Assembly (NCBI GenBank): GCA_964016885.1
Contig: OZ024744.1
Coordinates: 20,398,001 to 20,462,000, forward strand
Direction: 5' to 3'
DNA length: 64,000 nt
Origin: Eledone cirrhosa
Lineage: Eukaryota
Each line of letters begins with the position of its first letter. Position 1 is the first letter of the stretch. The notes under the pieces are model-generated. The model was not told where the DNA came from. It did no database searches and saw nothing but the letters and a program-made list of their open reading frames with translations. The translations under genes and the position numbers were made by a program. Of this stretch, positions 55,501-64,000 are shown one piece after another.

Positions 55501-58500
55501 AACAGTTGAATCCTAAGAACTGACTTGTTTTATCAACAGTTCAACCGTAAGAACTGACTCGTTTTAACAACAGTTGAATGTTCAAATAAAACTCGTTTTA
55601 ACAACAGTTGAATCTTAAGATAAAACTCGTTTTAACAACAGTTGAATCTTAAGAACTGACTCGTTTTAACAACAGCTGAATCTTAATATAAAACTCGTTT
55701 TAACAACAGGTCAAACTTAAGAAATGACTCGTTTTAACAACAGTTGAATCTTATGAACTGACTCATTTTAACAACAGTTGAATCTTAAGAACTGATTCGT
55801 TTTAACAACAGTTGAATCTTAAGATAAAACTCGTTTTAACAACAGTTGAATCTTATGAACTAACTCATTTTAACAACAGTTGAATCTTAAGAACTGACTC
55901 GTTTTAACGACAGCTGTATCTTAAGATAAAACTCGTTTTAACAACAGTTGAATCTTAAAGATAAAACTCGCTTTAACAACAATTGAATCTTAAGAACTGA
56001 CTCGTTTTAACAACAGTTGAATCTTAAGACAAAACCCGTTTTAACAACAGTTGAATCTTAAGAACTGTCTCGTTTTAACAACAGTTGAATCTTAAGATAA
56101 ACCTCGTTTTAACAACAGTTTAATCTTAAGAACTGACTCGTTTTAACAACAGTTGAATCTTAAGACAAAACTCGTTTTAACAACAGTTGAATCTTAAGAA
56201 CTGACTTGTTCTAACAACAGTTCAGCCTTAAGAACTGACTCGTTTTAAAACAGTTGAATCGTTAGAACTGACTCGTTTTAACAACAGTTGAATTTTAAGA
56301 TAAAACTTGTTTTAACAATAGTTGAATCTTAAGAACTGACTCGTTTTAACAACAGTTGAATCTTAAGATAGAACTCGTTTTAACAACTGTTGAATCTTAA
56401 GAACTGACTCGTTTTAACAACAGCTGAATCTTAAGATAAAACTCGTTTTAACAACAGTTGAATCTTAAGAACTGACTCGTTTTAACAACAGTTGAGTCTT
56501 CAAAAAAAACTCGTTTTAACAACAGTTGAATCTTAAGAACTGACTCGTTTTAACAACAGTTGAATGTTAAGATAAAATTCGTTTTAACAATAGTTGAATC
56601 TTAAGAACTGACTCGTTTTAACAACAGTTGAATCTTAAGATAAAACTCGTTTTAACAACAGTTGAATCTTAAGAACTGAATCGTTTTAACAACAGCTGAA
56701 TCTTAAGATAAAACTCGTTTTAACAACAGTTCAAACTTAAGAAATGACTCGTTTTAACAACAGTTGAATCTTATGAACTGACTCATTTTAACAACAGTTG
56801 AATCTTAAGAACTGATTCGTTTTAACAACAGTTGAATCTTAAGATAAAACTCGTTTTAACAACAGTTGAATCTTAAGAACTGACTCGTTTTAGCAACAGC
56901 TGAATCTTAAGATAAAACTCGTTTTAACAACAGTTGAATCTTAAGAACTGACTCGTTTTAACAACAGCTGAATCTTAATATAAAACTCGTTTTAACAGCA
57001 GTTGAATCTTAAGATAAAACTCGTTTTAACAACAGTTGAATCTTAAGCACTGACTCGTTTTAACAACAGTTGAATCTTAAGATAAAACTCGTTTTAACAA
57101 CAGTTGAATCTTATGAACTAACTCATTTTAACAACAGTTGAATCTTAAGTTAAGACTCGTTTTAACAACAGTTGAATCTTAAGAACTGACTCGTTTTAAC
57201 GACAGCTGAATCTTAAGATAAAACTCGTTTTAACAACAGTTGAATCTTATGAACTAACTCATTTTAACAACAGTTGAATCCTAAGAACTGACTTGTTTTA
57301 TCAACAGTTCAACCGTAAGAACTGACTCGTTTTAACAACAGTTGAATGTTCAAATAAAACTCGTTTTAACAACAGTTGAATCTTAAGATAAAACTCGTTT
57401 TAACAACAGTTGAATCTTAAGAACTGACTCGTTTTAACAACAGCTGAATCTTAATATAAAACTCGTTTTAACAACAGGTCAAACTTAAGAAATGACTCGT
57501 TTTAACAACAGTTGAATCTTATGAACTGACTCATTTTAACAACAGTTGAATCTTAAGAACTGATTCGTTTTAACAACAGTTGAATCTTAAGATAAAACTC
57601 GTTTTAACAACAGTTGAATCTTATGAACTAACTCATTTTAACAACAGTTGAATCTTAAGAACTGACTCGTTTTAACGACAGCTGTATCTTAAGATAAAAC
57701 TCGTTTTAACAACAGTTGAATCTTAAAGATAAAACTCGCTTTAACAACAATTGAATCTTAAGAACTGACTCGTTTTAACAACAGTTGAATCTTAAGACAA
57801 AACCCGTTTTAACAACAGTTGAATCTTAAGAACTGTCTCGTTTTAACAACAGTTGAATCTTAAGATAAACCTCGTTTTAACAACAGTTTAATCTTAAGAA
57901 CTGACTCGTTTTAACAACAGTTGAATCTTAAGACAAAACTCGTTTTAACAACAGTTGAATCTTAAGTACTGACTTGTTCTAACAACAGTTCAGCCTTAAG
58001 AACTGACTCGTTTTAAAACAGTTGAATCGTTAGAACTGACTCGTTTTAACAACAGTTGAATTTTAAGATAAAACTTGTTTTAACAATAGTTGAATCTTAA
58101 GAACTGACTCGTTTTAACAACAGTTGAATCTTAAGATAGAACTCGTTTTAACAACTGTTGAATCTTAAGAACTGACTCGTTTTAACAACAGCTGAATCTT
58201 AAGATAAAACTCGTTTTAACAACAGTTGAATCTTAAGAACTGACTCGTTTTAACAACAGTTGAGTCTTCAAAAAAAACTCGTTTTAACAACAGTTGAATC
58301 TTAAGAACTGACTCGTTTTAACAACAGTTGAATGTTAAGATAAAATTCGTTTTAACAATAGTTGAATCTTAAGAACTGACTCGTTTTAACAACAGTTGAA
58401 TCTTAAGATAAAACTCGTTTTAACAACAGTTGAATCTTAAGAACTGAATCGTTTTAACAACAGCTGAATCTTAAGATAAAACTCGTTTTAACAACAGTTC

Positions 58501-59010
58501 AAACTTAAGAAATGACTCGTTTTAACAACAGTTGAATCTTATGAACTGACTCATTTTAACAACAGTTGAATCTTAAGAACTGATTCGTTTTAACAACAGT
58601 TGAATCTTAAGATAAAACTCGTTTTAACAACAGTTGAATCTTAAGAACTGACTCGTTTTAGCAACAGCTGAATCTTAAGATAAAACTCGTTTTAACAACA
58701 GTTGAATCTTAAGAACTGACTCGTTTTAACAACAGCTGAATCTTAATATAAAACTCGTTTTAACAGCAGTTGAATCTTAAGATAAAACTCGTTTTAACAA
58801 CAGTTGAATCTTAAGCACTGACTCGTTTTAACAACAGTTGAATCTTAAGATAAAACTCGTTTTAACAACAGTTGAATCTTATGAACTAACTCATTTTAAC
58901 AACAGTTGAATCTTAAGTTAAGACTCGTTTTAACAACAGTTGAATCTTAAGAACTGACTCGTTTTAACGACAGCTGAATCTTAAGATAAAACTCGTTTTA
59001 ACAACAGTTG
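55470..59010. repeat. Tandem duplication, period 1,768 bp (exactly 52 monomers), 2 copies
   Basis: CAGGTC at 55707/57475, CAAAAAAAAC at 56501/58269, AGCAC at 57046/58814. Confidence 0.9.
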
Positions 59011-59899
59011 AATCTTAAGAACTGACTCGTTTTAACAACAGCTGAATCTTAATATAAAACTCGTTTTAACAGCAGTTGAATCTTAAGATAAAACTCGTTT
59101 TAACAACAGTTGAATCTTAAGAACTGACTCGTTTTAACAACAGTTGAATCTTAAGATAAAACTCGTTTTAACAACAGTTGAATCTTATGAACTAACTCAT
59201 TTTAACAACAGTTGAATCTTAAGATAAAACTCGTTTTACCAACTGTTGAATCTTAAGAACTGACTCGTTTTAAAAACAGCTGAATCTTAAGATATAACTC
59301 GTTTTAACAACAGTTGGATTTTAAGAACTGACTCGTTTTAACAACAGTGGAATCTTCAAATAAAACTCGTTTTAACAACAGTTGAATCTTAAGAACTGAC
59401 TCGTTTTAACAACAGTTGAATCTTAAGATAAAACTCGTTTTAACAACAGTTGAATCTTAAGAACTGACTTGTTTTATCAACAGTTCAACCGTAAGAACTG
59501 ACTCGTTTTAACAACAGTTGAATGTTCAAATAAAACTCGTTTTAACAACAGTTGAATCTTAAGAACTGACTCGTTTTAACAACAGTTGAATCTTAAGAAC
59601 TGACTCGTTTTAACAACAGTTAAATCTTAATAACTGACTCGTTTTAACAACAGTTGAATGTTAAGATAAAACTCGTTTTAACAATAGTTGAATCTTAAGA
59701 ACTGACTCGTTTTAACAACAGTTGAATGTTAAGATAAAACTCGTTATAACAATAGTTGAATCTTAAGAACTGACTCGTTTTAACAACAGTTGAATCTTAA
59801 GATAAAACTCGTTATAACAACAGTTGAATCTTAAGAACTGACTCGTTTTAACAACAGCTGAATCTTAAGATAAAACTCGTTTTAACAACAGTTGAATCC

Positions 59900-62800
59900 T
59901 AAGAACTGACTTGTTTTATCAACAGTTCAACCGTAAGAACTGACTCGTTTTAACAACAGTTGAATGTTCAAATAAAACTCGTTTTAACAACAGTTGAATC
60001 TTAAGATAAAACTCGTTTTAACAACAGTTGAATCTTAAGAACTGACTCGTTTTAACAACAGCTGAATCTTAAGATAAAACTCGTTTTAACAACAGTTCAA
60101 ACTTAAGAAATTACTCGTTTTAACAACAGTTGAATCTTATGAACTGACTCATTTTAACAACAGTTGAATCTTAAGAACTGATTCGTTTTAACAACAGTTG
60201 AATCTTAAGATAAAACTCGTTTTAACAACAGTTGAATCTTATGAACTAACTCATTTTAACAACAGTTGAATCTTAAGTTAAGACTCTTTTTAACAACAGT
60301 TGAATCTTAAGAACTGACTCGTTTTAACGACAGCTGTATCTTAAGATAAAACTCGTTTTAACAACAGTTGAATCTTAAAGATAAAACTCGCTTTAACAAC
60401 AGTTGAATCTTAAGAGCTGACTCGTTTCAACAACAGTTAAATCTAAATAACTGACTCGTTTTAACAACAGTTGAATGTTAAGATAAAACTCGTTTTAACA
60501 ATAGTTGAATCTTAAGAACTGACTCGTTTTAACAACAGTTGAATCTTAAGATAAAACTCGTTTTAACAACTGTTGAATCTTAAGAACTGACTCGTTTTAA
60601 CAACAGCTGAATCTTAAGATAAAACTCGTTTTAACAACAGTTGAATCTTAAGAAATGACTCGTTTTAACAACAGTTGAATCTTCAAATAAAACTCGTTTT
60701 AACAACAGTTGAATCTTAAGAACTGATTCGTTTTAACAACAGTTGAATGTTAAGATAAAACTCGTTATAACAATAGTTGAATCTTAAGAACTGGCTCGTT
60801 TTAACAACAGTTGAATCTTAAGATAAAACTCGTTTTAACAACAGTTGAATCTTAAGAACTGACTCGTTTTAACAACAGCTGAATCTTAAGATAAAACTCG
60901 TTTTAACAACAGTTGAATCCTAAGAACTGACTTGTTTTATCAACAGTTCAACCGTAAGAACTGACTCGTTTTAACAACAGTTGAATGTTCAAATAAAACT
61001 CGTTTTAACAACAGTTGAATCTTAAGATAAAACTCGTTTTAACAACAGTTGAATCTTAAGAACTGACTCGTTTTAACAACAGCTGAATCTTAATATAAAA
61101 CTCGTTTTAACAACAGGTCATACTTAAGAAATGACTCGTTTTAACAACAGTTGAATCTTATGAACTGACTCATTTTAACAACAGTTGAATCTTAAGAACT
61201 GATTCGTTTTAACAACAGTTGAATCTTAAGATAAAACTCGTTTTAACAACAGTTGAATCTTATGAACTAACTCATTTTAACAACAGTTGAATCTTAAGAA
61301 CTGACTCGTTTTAACGACAGCTGTATCTTAAGATAAAACTCGTTTTAACAACAGTTGAATCTTAAAGATAAAACTCGCTTTAACAACAATTGAATCTTAA
61401 GAACTGACTCGTTTTAACAACAGTTGAATCTTAAGAACTGACTCATTTTAACAACAGTTGAATCTTAAGAACTGTCTCGTTTTAACAACAGTTGAATCTT
61501 AAGATAAACCTCGTTTTAACAACAGTTTAATCTTAAGAACTGACTCGTTTTAACAACAGTTGAATCTTAAGACAAAACTCGTTTTAACAACAGTTGAATC
61601 TTAAGAACTGACTTGTTCTAACAACAGTTCAGCCTTAAGAACTGACTCGTTTTAAAACAGTTGAATCGTTAGAACTGACTCGTTTTAACAACAGTTGAAT
61701 TTTATGATAAAACTTGTTTTAACAATAGTTGAATCTTAAGAACTGACTCGTTTTAACAACAGTTGAATCTTAAGATAGAACTCGTTTTAACAACTGTTGA
61801 ATCTTAAGAACTGACTCGTTTTAACAACAGCTGAATCTTAAGATAAAACTCGTTTTAACAACAGTTGAATCTTAAGAACTGACTCGTTTTAACAACAGTT
61901 GAGTCTTCAAAAAAAACTCGTTTTAACAACAGTTGAATCTTAAGAACTGACTCGTTTTAACAACAGTTGAATGTTAAGATAAAATTCGTGTTAACAATAG
62001 TTGAATCTTAAGAACTGACTCGTTTTAACAACAGTTGAATCTTAAGATAAAACTCGTTTTAACAACAGTTGAATCTTCAGAACTGACTCGTTTTAACAAC
62101 AGCTGAATCTTAAGATAAAACTCGTTTTAACAACAGTTCAAACTTAAGAACTGACTCGTTTTAACAAAAGTTGAATCTTATGAACTCATTCATTTTAACA
62201 ACAGTTGAATCTTAAGATAACATTCGTTTTAACAACAGTTGAATCTTAAGAACTGATTCGTTTTAACAACAGTTGAATCTTAAGATAAAACTCGTTTTAA
62301 CAACAGTTGAATCTTAAGAACGGACTCGTTTTAACAACAGCTGAATCTTAAGATAAAACTCGTTTTAACAACAGTTGAATCTTAAGAACTGATTCGTTTT
62401 AACAACAGTTCAAACTTAAGAACTGACTCGTTTTAACAACAGTTGAATCTTATGAACTGACTCATTTTAACAACAGTTGAATCTTAAGATAACATTCGTT
62501 TTAACAACAGTTGAGTCTTAAGAACTGACTCGTTTTAACAACAGTTGAATCTTAAGATAAAACTCGTTTTAACAACAGTTGAATCTTAAGAACTGACTCG
62601 TTTTAACGACAGCTGAATCTTAAGATAAAACTCGTTTTAACAACAGTTCAAACTTAAGAAATGACTCGTTTTAACAACAGTTGAATCTTATGAACTGACT
62701 CATTTTAACAAAAGTTGAATCTTAAGAACTGATTCGTTTTAACAACAGTTGAATCTTAAGATAACACTCGTTTTAACAACAGTTGAATCTTAAGAACTGA

Positions 62801-64000
62801 CTCGTTTTAACCACAGCTGAATCTTAAGATAAAACTCGTTTTAATAACAGTTGACTCTTAAGAACTGACTCGTTTTAACAACAGCTGAATCTTAAGATAA
62901 AACTCGTTTTAACAACAGTTGAATCTTAAGAACTGACTCGTTTTAACAACAGTTGAATCTTAAGATAAAACTCGTTTGAACAACAGTTGAATCTTATGAA
63001 CTAACTAATTTTTACAACAGTTGAATCTTAAGTTAAAACTCGTTTTAACAACAGTTGAATCTTAAGAACTGACTCGTTTTAACAACAGCTGAATCTTAAG
63101 ATAAAACTCGTTTTAACAACAGTTGAATCTTAAAGAGAAAACTCGCTTTAACAACAGTTGAATCTTAAGAACTGACTCGTTTTAACAACAATTGAATCTT
63201 AAGACAAAACCCGTTTTAACAACAGTTGAATCTTAAGAACTGTCTCGTTTTAACAACAGTTGAATCTTAAGATAAACCTCGTTTTAACAACAGTTTAATC
63301 TTAAGAACTGATTCGTTTTAACAACAGTTGAATCTTAAGACAAAACTCGTTTTAACAACAGTTGAATCTTAAGAACTGACTTGTTCTAACAACAGTTCAG
63401 CCTTAAGAACTGACTCGTTTTAAAACAGTTGAATCGTTAGAACTGACTCGTTTTAACAACGGTTGAATCTTAAAATAAAACTCGTTTTAACAACAGTTGA
63501 TTCTTAAGAACCGACTCGTTTTAACAACAGTTAAATCTAAATAACTGACTCGTTTTAACAACAGTTGAATGTTAAGATAAAACTCGTTTTAACAATAGTT
63601 GAACCTTAAGAACTGACTCGTTTTAACAACAGTTGAATCTTAAGATAAAACTCGTTTTAACAACTGTTGAATCTTAAGAACTGACTCGTTTTAACAACAG
63701 CTGAATCTTAAGATAAAACTCGTTTTAAGAACATTTGAATCTTAAGAACTGACTCGTTTTAACAACAGTTGAATCTTAAGAACTGACTCGTTTTAACAAC
63801 AGTTGAATGTTAAGATAAAACTCGTTTTAACAATAGTTGAATCTTAAGAACTGACTCGTTTTAACAACAGTTGAATCTTAAGATAAAACTCGTTTTAACA
63901 ACAGTTGAATCTTAAGAACTGACTCGTTTTAACAACAGCTGAATCTTAAGATAAAACTCGTTTTAACAACAGTTGAATCCTAAGAACTGACTTGTTTTCT
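59900..64000. repeat. Copy of about 50450-54547 (offset 9,453-9,487 bp), running off the window end
   Basis: CAGGTC at 51627/61114, CAAAAAAAAC at 52421/61908, TTC-GTGTT at 52501/61988 and CTT-CAGAACT at 52591/62078 (all 9,487). CTTGTTTTCT at 54538/63991 (9,453). Confidence 0.88.

Larger units (their letters stand above)
1..64000. repeat. Tandem satellite DNA array, 34-bp monomer (types A ...AGA-TAAA-ACT and B ...AGA-ACTG-ACT), about 1,880 copies, single orientation, truncated at both window ends
   Basis: CGTTTTAACAACAGTTGAAT recurs every 34 nt from position 1 (1, 35, 69, ...) to the last line. Monomers differ by scattered substitutions and occasional 1-bp indels (33-mers such as TTTTAAAACAG; 35-mers such as CTTAAAGATAAAAC). 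No non-repeat sequence was seen. Confidence 0.99.

Noticed and set aside
1-64000. CRISPR array: the type A monomer reads GTTTTA...TAAAAC, reminiscent of the termini of type II-A CRISPR repeats, and has a CRISPR-like length
   Set aside because: Repeats abut directly with no unique spacers. The variable part is only a two-state 4-bp site, and no leader or cas genes are present in the window.
1-64000. Repetitive protein-coding ORF
   Set aside because: On the + strand each consensus monomer has stops in all three frames (TAA at 6, TGA at 16, TAA at 23). On the - strand two TAA per monomer close two frames, and because 34 is not a multiple of 3 the third closes in the adjacent monomer.
1-64000. 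Telomeric repeat or telomerase product
   Set aside because: There is no G-rich strand. The 34-bp unit with A/B alternation and kb-scale inherited variant patterns indicates recombinational amplification, not templated addition.
1-64000. Pure sequencing or amplification artefact (rolling-circle concatemer)
   Set aside because: Variants recur in ordered, nested blocks at many different offsets with stepwise derived states, which random error on one template would not produce. Local copy-number misassembly cannot be excluded without reads.
1-64000. Plasmid iterons, recombination-site arrays (34 bp equals loxP/FRT length) or integron attC cassettes
   Set aside because: The monomer lacks the 13-8-13 inverted-arm structure of loxP/FRT, there are no cassettes, Rep or recombinase genes, and the copy number is far beyond that of iteron arrays.
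1-64000. Information-bearing code in the A/B and variant order
   Set aside because: The order is adequately explained by AB alternation plus nested duplications and deletions. Nothing in the sequence supports a readout mechanism.
1-64000. Promoter -35/-10-like hexamers (TTGAAT, TTGACT, TATAAC) and restriction sites (AflII CTTAAG, HinfI GANTC, PvuII CAGCTG)
   Set aside because: These are expected by chance in an AT-rich monomer and there is no downstream gene. The restriction sites are useful only as experimental handles, for example a 34-bp ladder.

Overview
The whole 64 kb window is one uninterrupted, head-to-tail, AT-rich (about 30% GC from the consensus) tandem satellite array of a 34-bp monomer, roughly 1,880 copies (64000/34). 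There are two main monomer types that differ only at 4 adjacent bases: A = CGTTTTAACAACAGTTGAATCTTAAGA-TAAA-ACT and B = CGTTTTAACAACAGTTGAATCTTAAGA-ACTG-ACT. They mostly alternate, giving a 68-bp dimer, with frequent BB runs and rarer AA runs. I saw no genes, RNA genes, spacers, transposon insertions, inversions or unique sequence, and the array runs off both ends of the window. Rare variant monomers act as barcodes and reveal nested higher-order duplications with offsets of about 0.7, 1.4, 1.67, 1.77, 3.8, 4.08, 4.76, 4.97, 5.4, 6.3, 9.5, 11.3, 17.0 and 25.3 kb. This organisation is typical of eukaryotic (peri)centromeric or heterochromatic satellite DNA evolving by unequal crossover. I do not recognise the satellite family or the host. 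I found no evidence for a new protein-coding system. The interest lies in the repeat architecture: a 17-bp > 34-bp > 68-bp > kb hierarchy, a dyad-rich monomer, and a reconstructable duplication history. All offsets were read by eye from marker variants, and block boundaries are approximate.
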